Positions 52,851-64,000 of a DNA stretch of 64,000 nt are shown here, in pieces; position 1 is the first letter of the stretch, and each line of letters opens with the position of its first letter. Origin of the DNA: Octopus vulgaris (taxonomy: Eukaryota); contig OX597828.1 of the NCBI GenBank assembly GCA_951406725.2, positions 13,950,001 through 14,014,000 of the forward strand, read 5' to 3'. Below the pieces are notes generated by a model, which saw nothing but the letters and a program-made list of their open reading frames with translations, was not told the DNA's origin and searched no databases. The position numbers and the translations under genes were made by a program.

Positions 52851-53235
52851 TCCATGTTATCTTCTATTTTTAATTCTTCGAAATCTTCCTTTAAGGAAGA
52901 AGCTGGTTTCTAACAAAGATACAAACTCAATCGTTGGAATTTAGATAATCAAATCAATGAGATATTTTGAACTTGAGAAAAGTCTCGCATATTTTTACTG
53001 TTCCGCTTATAGATTGCATGCATAATGCGTATGTTAGCTGGTTCATCTCTTTCTGATACCCCATCTTATCCAGACTGTCACTTAGGTATTTCCTAACGAA
53101 ACAAAGTACACCAATTACAATTGGTATAGAAGCTGGAGGTTTCAAAGCAGTTGTTCGTAGTTATGCTCTTCCTCTTTGAATTTTGAAAAAATATTCACGT
53201 CAGCAGGGTAGTTAGCTTCTATGGCAGTACGACAC
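52851..53235 (-). mobile_element. RLE-type LINE 3' fragment ending in (CATA)n
   Basis: TAIEANYPADVNI...IPIVIGVLCFV...SISGTVKICETFLKFK homologous to 18792-19210; 3' UTR also aligns. Confidence 0.75.
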
Positions 53236-54174
53236 TGACTATTTTGAGAATAACTTGGTTGTTTAAGGAAAGATGAGAAAAACGATTAATTGCAGAAATT
53301 TTCTCTGGAGTTGATACAAACTTTATCACATCAAAGTACTTTAACACTTGACCGAAGTACTTTAATATTGATAATATATAACGAATCTAGGAACTAACTA
53401 TGTGATTGATCAGCTTCCTCTTTAGACGAATCAGATTTGAATGATTACTATGCATATAATTACATTCGTTTCCTCCATATACTAAGCTGCGAAAACGCGA
53501 TAATTTAGATAAAAGCTTCATAAAAATTCATATTCTAGGCATTCGTGAAATATTTTAAATAGTTTTTTCTATATTTTATTTTTATTTTTAGAAACATAAA
53601 AGCGTTTTCGGAATTTTTAAGATTTTAATCCAATCATAAGCCAAAAGCTTATTTGAAAATGTCGACATTTTGAAAAGTAGACCTTGTATGATCATTTTGT
53701 TCAAATAGTTTCCTGATCCTTTATTTCCTTTATTACCTTTTCTGTAGATGCCTAACTGAACAGATTTAAATCTTTTTCATTCATTTAGAAATTGCACAAA
53801 TGTGTTTTTTTTTTCTTTTGTTATGGTTTTGGAGGGAAATGCATCTTCTGCATCTTCTGTTAGTCACAATTATCTTCCTAACACTTTCGGCTTCACTGAT
53901 TCGTTGAAACCCGATGGTTGATGAAAGTCGCAGCAAAATAAATACATACGAACCAAAAGAAAGGAATAAAAAATACTTTGTTATATTTTAGATTTACAAT
54001 AAGACTCATTTCGTAAATGTTTGTTCTATTTCTAGTTTGCTATTCATGAATTTTTTTTCCGACATTGTATATATTTGGCAAATGACTTCACATACGAAAT
54101 GGTGTGCTGAAAATGAAGCAATTTACGTCATGGAAGAATCAAGATATGATTTTAAATGCATACACACACACACG

Positions 54175-54206
<32 letters not shown>

Positions 54207-54423
54207 TGCACACACACACACACACAACTATACCTATCACTAATAATATAAAGTAGAGTTTTCTGCAATTCGATATATATCATTTTTTAATAGTGACAGT
54301 CTCGCTGGTAAAGAGCTTAGCTGGTACCGTCTCTAATCGGCATTAAGGGTATGTATATCAAATAGGGCATAACTACATTTCAGTGCTCCAATACTCGACT
54401 TTGTGTCTTCAATAATATATTAA

Positions 54424-55010
54424 TTCTTTTTGTATTTCATCCACTGGACTGCGCCATTCTGGAGCACCACCTTGAAGGGTTAAGTCGAAAACAATCGACC
54501 CCAACACGTTTTAAATCTCGTGCTTATTCTCGTGCTCTCCTTTGCTGAATCGCTATGTCATGGGAGACGTAAACAAACCAACACTAGTTGTTGTCAAGTG
54601 GTGACTGGGAAGCAAACACAAAGACAAAGACACACACACACATACATACATACATACATACATACATACATACATACATACATACATACATGCATACATA
54701 CATACACACATATATACATACATACATACATACATACATACATACATACATACATACATGCATGCATGCATGCATGCATGCATGCATACATACATACATA
54801 CATACATACATACATACATACATACATACATACATACATACATACATACATACATACATACACGACTACCAAATTCGTTCTCAAAGTATTTATCGATCCG
54901 GAGCTATAGTAAAACGCACTTGCCCAAGGTGCCGCGCAGTGGAACTGAACCCGAAAGCACATGGCTGCAAAGTGAGCTTCCTTCCTAACCACACAGCTAT
55001 GCCTGCGCCT
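54424..55010 (-). mobile_element. SINE family A with expanded (TACA)n centre
   Basis: Head and tail motifs. Confidence 0.75.
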
Positions 55011-55677
55011 ATAATAACGTATTTTTTCTTTAACGTAAGTTTAAAAACTTACGTTATATTTTCGCAGATGTAAATTACGATTATAATTTCATTATTATAA
55101 TTATCATCGTAGTGACTCAGGATTAGTCTGATTCCTTGTAATCTATGGACTTCTTTTCGTTCTGAATAAAATAAAATAAAATAAAATAAAATAAAATAAA
55201 ATAAAATAAATGAAATAGAGGCTTTTTAATTTTTTTTAATGTCGTCAGCATAATCATAATCGACACATTTGAAAGCGTATCTCTGAAAAATTTCGTTAAA
55301 AAATATGCTTAAATTAAAAATTTGTGAGTAAACAAATTTTAGGAGTATTAAGCCGTAGTTTACATATTTTCAGTGGCTACTTCGACTCTTCTATGATGTA
55401 ATTATTTGAATTGTCTTCGTTCTTAAATTATAAAAGTCAATTGTATTTGCGGAACGTTTTGGATTAGTAGTTTTCTGTAACAGTTTTAATCTAATATTTG
55501 TGCAGTAACTATATATTTGCTTTTCCGACATTTAAATATTAAACAAACTTTGCGACTATTTACATGTTATTGTTTCATCGAAGTAAGTACGAAGCTGTTT
55601 GGCTATTTCGAAATTGAGGTTTCGTTGGATAGAAAACCACTGTTTGGAGGCCATTTTCCAACGAAATATATAGATAA

Positions 55678-56138
55678 CTTGCAGGATAGCACGGCTTTGC
55701 TCGGGATTAAGTTAGGATTATTAAGCTAATCAAGCTCTTTATTTCAAACCAAACTAAATGACATCGATGTCAAATTTGAGCGTAATCCGTTGAAATTGGT
55801 CAACTTTTGGCTGAAAATGTGTTGAAAGCACCACCCCCATCATCTAATCTCCCTTTGCCCACGGGTTGGGAACCCTTCCAGCAAGAAAAATAGAACGCTC
55901 AAAAGGGCTCCAGATCCTCTGTGTCAGAAGCGGTTATGTTTGCAAATAATGGTGGATTTCTCCGACTTGAAAATTGTTAGAAGTTATGGTTCAAAATTAT
56001 TTTTACCACTATTCGCTGGTTCCTCGCGGGGAAATAATTTGACGAAAATACAGCTAGGGTCGTGACGAAAGTCCTAAAATTTGAGCGACATGCGTTCTAA
56101 TTTGTGGACGTGCATAAATTACATTCACGTACATACAC

Positions 56139-56204
<66 letters not shown>

Positions 56205-56227
56205 CCTGCCTTTTATATATATACAGA
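55678..56227 (-). mobile_element. Non-autonomous Helitron
   Basis: A|TCTGTATATATATAAAAG..(GT)n 5' end; 3' hairpin-like CCCGAGCAAAGCCGTG then CTGCAAG|T (CTAG-like); no TSD. Confidence 0.75.
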
Positions 56228-56523
56228 TAGAAAGACGTCAGGATCTGTATAAAGAACATAGAATAAAAATGTTGCTTTAATTTGAAGAAATGTTATTAAT
56301 GATCAGTCTACATTAAGTATGACCACATTAAGAACCACGTAGTTTGGGGCTTAGTCCCATTGCGTTGCACTTTGCGAAAGTATCTTGTATTGCGGCCTTG
56401 AGTCGACCAATGCCTTGCGAATTTGGTAGAAGGAAACTGTGTGAAAGCCTGCCATGTATATATATATCTACATACATACATGCATACATACATACATACA
56501 TACATACATACATACATACATAC

Positions 56524-56604
<81 letters not shown>

Positions 56605-56889
56605 ATATATATATATGCATGTATGTATGTATGTATGTATGTATGTATGTATGTATGTATGTATGTATATGTGAGAGATATAGAGTAGAGATGGGTGTTC
56701 TCTATATAGAATACATTTCGAAGTGCTCTAGAGATTTGAACTTGAGCTGGTAGATGAGTAAATGTAATGACAAGCAAGTTAGGCAAATCGATTAACACAG
56801 AATATTAAATACATTTAATAGAAAAAAAATGTCCATGTGTATGGATATAAAATAATCGACTTACAGAATATGATATCAGGAATTTTGGA

Positions 56890-56980
56890 AGTTCAACAGC
56901 TGTTTCTAGTGGTTTGGAAGTCCGGAATAATGATAGTTACTTGGATCCATTATTGGATAACACCTCCATCTTCAGGGGAT
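56890..56980 (-). ncRNA. Hammerhead ribozyme, left arm of palindrome
   Basis: AUCCC CUGAAGA UGGAGG...CCACUA GAAAC AGCU GUU^. Confidence 0.65.
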
Positions 56981-57040
56981 AATTTTACATTAGAGAGTTT
57001 TATATATTTGAGGTGGCGACACGAGTGTTTCGTTAAAATT

Positions 57041-57133
57041 ATCACTTGAAGACGGAGGTGGTATTATCCAATAATGGATCCAAATAACTGTCATTATTCG
57101 GGACAACCAAGCCCCCAGAAACAGCTGTTGGAT
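57041..57133 (+). ncRNA. Hammerhead ribozyme, right arm of palindrome
   Basis: AUCAC UUGAAGA CGGAGG...CCCCCA GAAAC AGCU GUU^GGAU. Confidence 0.6.
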
Positions 57134-57317
57134 TCCTAAAACTCTACCCATTTAACTCTTGATATTATTTATATTCTGTAAGTCGGACTATTTTATATCC
57201 ATACACATGTACATTTTTTTCTATTAGATGTATTTAATATTCTGTGTAAATCGAGTTGCCTAACTAGCTTGTCATTAGATTTACTCATATGTGTGTGTGT
57301 GTGTGCATGTATCTTCT

Positions 57318-57524
57318 TTTATTTTTATCTTTTACTTGTTTCAGTCATCTGACTGTGGCCATGCTGGAGCACCGCCTTTAGTCGAGCAAATCGACCACAG
57401 GGCTTATTTTTTGTAAGCCTAGTACTTATTTAATCGAACTCTTTTGCAGAACCGCTGAGTTACGGGGACGTAAACACACCAGCATTGGTTGTCAAGCGAT
57501 GTTGAGGGGACAAAGACAGACACA

Positions 57525-57618
<94 letters not shown>

Positions 57619-57792
57619 TATATAAACGACGGCCTTCTTTCAGTTTCCATCTACCAAATCCACTCACAAGGCTTTGGACGGCCCAAGGCTACAGTAGAAG
57701 ACAATAGCCCAAGGTGCCACGCAGTGGGACTGACCCCCGAAACCATGTAGTCGGTATGCAAGCTACTTACCACACTGCCACTCCTGCGCCTA
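57318..57792 (-). mobile_element. SINE family A, full length
   Basis: Closely matches other copies; 3' halves also at 57845-58030 and 58700-58925 (+). Confidence 0.9.
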
Positions 57793-57810
57793 TGTTCATT
57801 TCAAACTTCA

Positions 57811-57849
<39 letters not shown>

Positions 57850-58089
57850 ACCACCGCTTGAATACCGGTGTTGGTGTGTTAACGTCCCCGTAACCTAGCT
57901 AAGTCCAATAGAAGAACTACCAGGCATTTAAAAAAATTGTAAGTACAAGGATCGATTCATTCGACAGAAAATTCTTCAAGGCGGTGCCCCAGCATGGCCA
58001 CAGTCTAATGACTGTAACAAGTAAAAGATAAATATAAAACAAATAAAGAAAAACGAAAAATTGCATTATCTACTGTGTCTTTTCTCTTG

Positions 58090-58320
58090 CGTAATGGCTA
58101 AGAGAAGAAATCGCCGCCATCTTGTTCCGCTGCTCTGGCGGAAATTCACATACTATTTATCAGCGCTAATGTGCGTTTTACAAATAATGGAAGATCCGTG
58201 AACAACAAAATAAAAATAAAACGTTTCCTAGTGGACTTTGAGAAACATAAAATCACACCGTCCATTCACTTAGCCATTTTACCATTCCATCCTGACTCGC
58301 TTCCGCTCTTGTACTACCAG
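58090..58320. promoter_or_regulatory. Candidate promoter (YY1 motif, CpG-richer unique island)
   Basis: GCCGCCATCTTG at 58113-58124; ETS-like CTTCCG and GCGGAA motifs; not repeated in the window. Confidence 0.35.
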
Positions 58321-58543
58321 AAAAGAAAAAAAGGATTTATCTCCGCCTAGATTCCTTTTCTTATTTTGTTTTTCTTTATAGACGGGTGTAATTATATCTT
58401 GCATTAACACTTGCCTTTATCTTAAATGGTTGTACGTGGTTTGAGGAAGATTTGGCTGTTGCTTCTAGAAGAAACTACTCGACAACGTGTATTATCTTTA
58501 TTTTTCAATTTCTGTTATAAACTTGGTTGTATGTAGTTCTGAA

Positions 58544-58612
<69 letters not shown>

Positions 58613-58635
58613 GTGTATGTGTATGTGTGTGTACA

Positions 58636-58686
<51 letters not shown>

Positions 58687-58934
58687 GTATGTGTGTGTGT
58701 GTCCTTGTGTTTGCGTTTGTCCCCCACCACCGCTTGATAACCGGTGCTGGTGTATTTACGTCCCCGAAACTTAGCGGTGCAGCAAAAGTGACTAAGAGAA
58801 TAAGTACTGGGCTTAAAAATAAGTCCTGGAGTCGATTTGTTCAACTAAAACCCTTCAAGGGGCTGCTTCAACATTGCCGCAGTCAAATGACTGAAACAAA
58901 TAAAAGAATAGACAAATAAAAGAATATATACACT

Positions 58935-59029
<95 letters not shown>

Positions 59030-59461
59030 GTAGAAATATATACGTCACTAAAGTGAACAAGGGGACACTAATAAGCAACAGTTTTGCTAGAAATAAGAGT
59101 CAAAACGAATCAAAACAACTCAGTACCCACCAAAAGCACTTAATGAGCTGAAAATGGAGTCAAGCTCATTATTGTCGCAGATACATCCAGATGATTTACG
59201 GTGCGCATGTGTGTGTATGAGTTTGTATATATAAGCATATACATTTGGCGAAAAATGCGAGTGAAGATGTGTGCGTTTTCATAGTGATGTATACGTACGC
59301 ACGTGTGTACGTATGAATAGGCATGCTTACGTGTTTACTATGAACTTTTAACCTTATCTTAATTAGCGGTCATTCGAATTAGTACTTTTGTATAAGTAGC
59401 GGACTATAACACAGTAATTTCCCTTTGTATAACAGTCGTTTTTCATAACATTTTTCAGATG

Positions 59462-59532
59462 GCCAGATAACCGAAGAAGATGGTGGTGTGGATTTCCACC
59501 TCGGCATCCGAAACTCAGAGTTTTATCTTGGC
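59462..59532 (+). ncRNA. Hammerhead ribozyme (U4C core variant)
   Basis: GCCAGAUAA CCGAAGA AGAUG-GUGG..CCAC..CAUCC GAAAC UCAGA GUU^UUAUCUUGGC; 9-bp bulged stem I. Confidence 0.8.
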
Positions 59533-59628
59533 TACCGAATAATTGTCACATATTATTTTACAGATAAATTTTCTCTATTTACATAATATTGAGGTCTCTT
59601 TCTTTCTTTTGTTATCTTACCGTTTTTA

Positions 59629-59701
<73 letters not shown>

Positions 59702-59777
59702 ACACACATATATATATACATATATATACACACATATATATATACATATACACATACAGACAGAAAGACAAACAAAC

Positions 59778-59837
<60 letters not shown>

Positions 59838-59850
59838 TGATTGATTGATT

Positions 59851-59913
<63 letters not shown>

Positions 59914-60015
59914 TGATTGATTGATAGATAGATTGATTGATTGATTGATAAATAGATAGATCCAGCGTATTTATTCCTCGCCTTAATTTTAGCTTTATCA
60001 GTGGTGAATATACAT

Positions 60016-60149
<134 letters not shown>

Positions 60150-60208
60150 TCACACACACATACATACATACATACATATTATATATATACATATGTGTGT
60201 GTGTGTGT

Positions 60209-60291
<83 letters not shown>

Positions 60292-60793
60292 TGGTGTGTG
60301 TAATGAATCTATTTAATAATGTCTTCCATCTCTGAAACTTCCTGCTTTAATAATTTCTCAAGTAACTAATCAATTTATTTAGTTCAGTTATATGTGATCT
60401 AAGCCTTTCTAACCAGTCTCATATCGATCTCATAAAACCATATCCTATATCTTTCTTTTACCTCATTATCCTAACCTTTATCAATGTATTTTTTTTTTCT
60501 TATCCTATTAATGGCACCATTCTAATATATAGTAGTAAGCTACCGCCTCCTTGAACCTTTCCGCCGCTCTCTCTAACTTCTTATCTCTCCATCTTTTCTA
60601 CATATATAAAACAAATTAGATGGTTCCTGGCCTGTTATTATTTCTGGCTCTGGCTGTTTACAATAGATTCAATGTTGGAGAACTAATAAGACAGTCTTAA
60701 ATGAATTTCTTATAGCGTGACAACCTACTATTTATGGTTTATTACTTAACTCTTCTATTACCCTTCTCTCTTTATTATATTTAATAGTCTCGG

Positions 60794-61548
60794 AGGCGGC
60801 GAGCTGGCAGAAACGTTAGCACGCCGGGAGAAATGCTTAGCAGTATTTCGTCTGTCGTTACGTTCTGAGTTCAAATTCCACCGAAGTCGACTTTGCTTTT
60901 CATCCTTTCGGGGTCGATTAAATAAGTACCAGTTACACACTGGGGTCGATATAATCGACTTAATCCGTTTGTCTCTCCTTGTTTGTCCTCTCTGTGTTTA
61001 GCCCCTTGTGGGTAGTAAAAAAAAAGGTATTTCGTCTGCCGCTACGTTCTAAGTTCAAATTCCGCCGAGGTCGACTTTGCCATTCATCCTTTCGGGGTCG
61101 ATTAAATAAGTACCAGTTACACACTGGGGTCGATATAATCGACTTAATCCGTTTGTCTGCCCTTGTTTGTTCTCTCTGTGTTTAGCCCCTTGTGGGTAGT
61201 AAAGAAATAGGTATTTCGTCTGCCGCTACGTTCTAAGTTCAAATTCCGCCGAGGTCGATTTTGCCTTTCATCCTTTCGGGTTCGATTAAATAAGTACCAC
61301 TTACGCACTAGGGTCGATATAATCGACTTAATCCGTTTGTCTGTCCTTGTTTGTCCCCTCTGTGTTTAGCTCCTTGTGGGAAGTAAAGAAATGGGTATTT
61401 CGTTTGTCTTTACGCTCTGAGTTCAAATTCCGCCGAGGTCGGCTTTGCGTTTCATCCTTTCGGGGTCGATAAATTAAGTGCCAGTTGCGTATTGGAATAG
61501 ATTTAATCGACTGGGCCCCTTCCCCAAAATTTTGGGGTTTGTGCCTAG
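60794..61548 (+). mobile_element. SINE family B with 4 tandem internal units of about 184 bp
   Basis: Units restart at GTATTTCGT at about 60843, 61028, 61211 and 61394. Confidence 0.9.
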
Positions 61549-61567
61549 ATTATATTTAATAGTCTCG

Positions 61568-61781
61568 AAGGCAGCGAGCTGGCAGAATCGTTGGCACGCC
61601 GGGTGAAATGCTAAGCAATATTTCGCCCGTTGCTCCGTTCTGAGTTCAAATTCCGCCGAGGTCGACTTTACCTTTCATTCTTTCAGGGTCGATGAATTAA
61701 TCACCAGTGAAACACTAGGGTTGATGTAATCGACCAGTCCCCTCCTCTCAAATTTCAGGCCTTGTGCCTATACTAGAAAAG
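61568..61781 (+). mobile_element. SINE family B variant
   Basis: Head, core and CCTTGTGCCTA tail. Confidence 0.85.
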
Positions 61782-61907
61782 ATTATATCTAATAGTCTAA
61801 ATTATACCATAAAAACCAGCGTCTGATTCGATATTATCATAGTAAGACTTTTATTTAATATCGAATAGATTTACACAATTGTTGTATGCATAACCTATCT
61901 TGTAGAT

Positions 61908-62214
61908 CAGTATTTTTCAGCCAATTTTTGCCTATGAACCCTGTTGATTTCCATTTTATTCTCTAGGGCCTCTGTAGCCATTCGATGTATATAAAAAATA
62001 ATTCCTATTGCATCTTTATAATTGAATATTATTAGGACTTGTATAAAAATAATTCTGAAAATTATTTTGTGTATTGTAAAAGTTTGATCAATTTATTGTA
62101 CATAAATTTTAACAACAAAATCTTATATGAACTCCCAATGGTCATATGGACCCCCAAGGGCCGTAGTGACCCCCACCTCCGAGGGGTCGTATGAACCCCG
62201 GCTGAGAACCATTG
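61908..62214 (-). mobile_element. hAT MITE, same family as 1998-2690
   Basis: Degenerate CAGT TIRs; imperfect TSD ttgtagat/atgtagac. Confidence 0.75.
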
Positions 62215-62299
62215 ATGTAGACTAATATAAAAAGTTCTACTGATTACAGAAATGCTCGCGAACATAATACCATCGTCTTCATTTCTTTGTTAACTTTTA

Positions 62300-62760
62300 T
62301 ATCATCATCATCATCATCATCCTCGTTCAACGTCCTCCTTCCATGCTGGCATGGGTTGGACGGTTTGACAGACGCTGGCCAGGCAGAAGATTGCGCCATA
62401 CTTCTGAGTCTGTTTTGACATGGTTTTTTATGGCTCGATGCTCTTCCTAACACCAACCACCCCGCAGAGTGGGCTGAGTGCTTTTTACGTGGCATCAACA
62501 CAGCCAAGGTCAGTTCAGGCATGTTTTTTTTTTACAGCTGGATGCCCTTCCAAATGCCAACCACTTTAGACTGTGGACTGGATGCTTTGTAAGTGACACC
62601 GGCACTGGCAGAGTAACCAACTAACTTGCAAGACAAGGAACCTTTGAGAGGGGAGGGACATTGGAGGAGGTGATCTTGTGCCAGAGAATGAAAGTTTAGA
62701 CTGTGACAGAAAGACAGAGACAGAAACAAATGCCTTGCTGTAGAGGAGGTACATGGTTAT
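62300..62760 (-). mobile_element. SINE family C with duplicated central domain
   Basis: (GAT)n tail; GGTTGG..GGAAGGGCATC domain present twice. Confidence 0.7.
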
Positions 62761-62771
62761 CCAGTCAGAGA

Positions 62772-62829
<58 letters not shown>

Positions 62830-63264
62830 GAGAGGTGTACTAATCTCCTGATTGGTAATTTCCTCGGAATTACAGTTCGTATGGCACGTTGCTTGGATTA
62901 ACGGAATACTTATTCACCGATTTTCTTACCTACACATTCTGTAAACCAGAATCCTCAATGGAGTGCTGACTTGGTATTCACATGGATTCCCTAAAGTATC
63001 GAAGCTCTGTGCATGTGTGTGTGTGTGTGCGTGCGTGTGCGTATGCCTGTGTGTATGTTCGTTCTTCTCTTTCTCTTTTTAATTTAGAATAAATTTTGAC
63101 CGACCACCAAACTTGGTAGCGAGTTTGTAAAGAAAAGTGTCTTGTTTTAACCATCATCCTTTAAATCTCAACGTCTTCCAGATTTTTATAGTTCTACATA
63201 ACGCAATCATTTGTTACGTTGTATGTATGTATATATGTATGTATTATGTATGTATGTATGTATG

Positions 63265-63298
<34 letters not shown>

Positions 63299-63371
63299 TG
63301 TATGTATGTATGTATGTATGTATGTATGTACGTACGTATGTATGTATGTATGTATGTATGTATGTTTACAG

Positions 63372-63461
63372 ACAATGGATGAGAGCTGGGTACAGAAAAC
63401 ACATAGTATGGGAAACACATGTTTGAAATGTGCAAAAAGTCCAAGCTTCTTGAAACAGCTG
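63372..63461 (+). CDS. Candidate 90-nt exon (TMDESWVQKTHSMGNTCLKCAKSPSFLKQL), product unknown
   Basis: TTTACAG acceptor, CTG|GTGAGT donor, length divisible by 3, one frame open; weak polypyrimidine tract. Confidence 0.35.
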
Positions 63462-64000
63462 GTGAGTTAAGAAATTACATATTTTCTTATTTTATTCTGT
63501 AAGTTTATTCCTTTACGCAGAAGAGTAGCAGTCCATAAAAAACAGATAAATCTTCCACAATATTGTAAAATTCCACTCAGTGGCCACATAGACTCTTGCG
63601 CTAGAAATAACAATCTCAAATTTCTTATATTCCCTTTCTATCGATGTAAAGACAGAACCTCTACACATGAAAGAATCAAGAAGGAGAATCTTTTTATTGA
63701 AAAATTCCAGACGCTTCTTAAAATGCAAACTCCATGGTGACCGTATTCCTTTTCCTAGCCTTATATTAAATATATATACATGTATTTAATAATATATATT
63801 AAATACATATATATTTGTTACTTGTATTTCTAAGAACAGACAGAAGCATCCTGTTGAAAAAAAATTCAACATTCCAATTAAAGAGTATAAAACCCACAGA
63901 ATTGTCTCCCCTTATCCACAGGGACTGCAAAACTCCTACCCCACTTCCTGTTTGACACATAAACATCCAACCTTCTCGAACAAAAAACTACACTTAAACA

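Noticed and set aside
53340-54350. Possible piggyBac-like MITE ending GGCATTAAGGGTA
   Set aside because: I could not identify a matching left TIR or TTAA duplication.
60843-61548. CRISPR-like array
   Set aside because: Whole 184-bp units are repeated with no unique spacers; the context is a eukaryotic SINE with no cas genes.

Overview
AT-rich, microsatellite-saturated eukaryotic intergenic or intronic DNA. The SINE families and (TACA)n/(GATA)n/(TA)n/(CA)n load suggest an octopus (coleoid cephalopod) genome (inference). No intact host protein-coding gene is visible, and almost all long ORFs are microsatellite translations. Recognisable parts are several tRNA-derived SINE families, a decayed R4/Dong-type RT+RLE LINE, a second RLE-LINE family tied to (CATA)n, a CR1 3' fragment, RTE-derived non-autonomous elements, mariner, hAT and pogo MITEs, and a non-autonomous Helitron. 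The main discovery is about 17 diverse minimal type I hammerhead ribozyme (HHR) motifs (intact, degenerate or split) in short non-coding elements. These sit beside microsatellites and often have Penelope-style inverted copies. They include a composite 'tRNA head + triplet microsatellite + HHR' SINE present twice, and inverted copies that begin at the predicted self-cleavage site. All structures were paired by eye; nothing was computed or searched.
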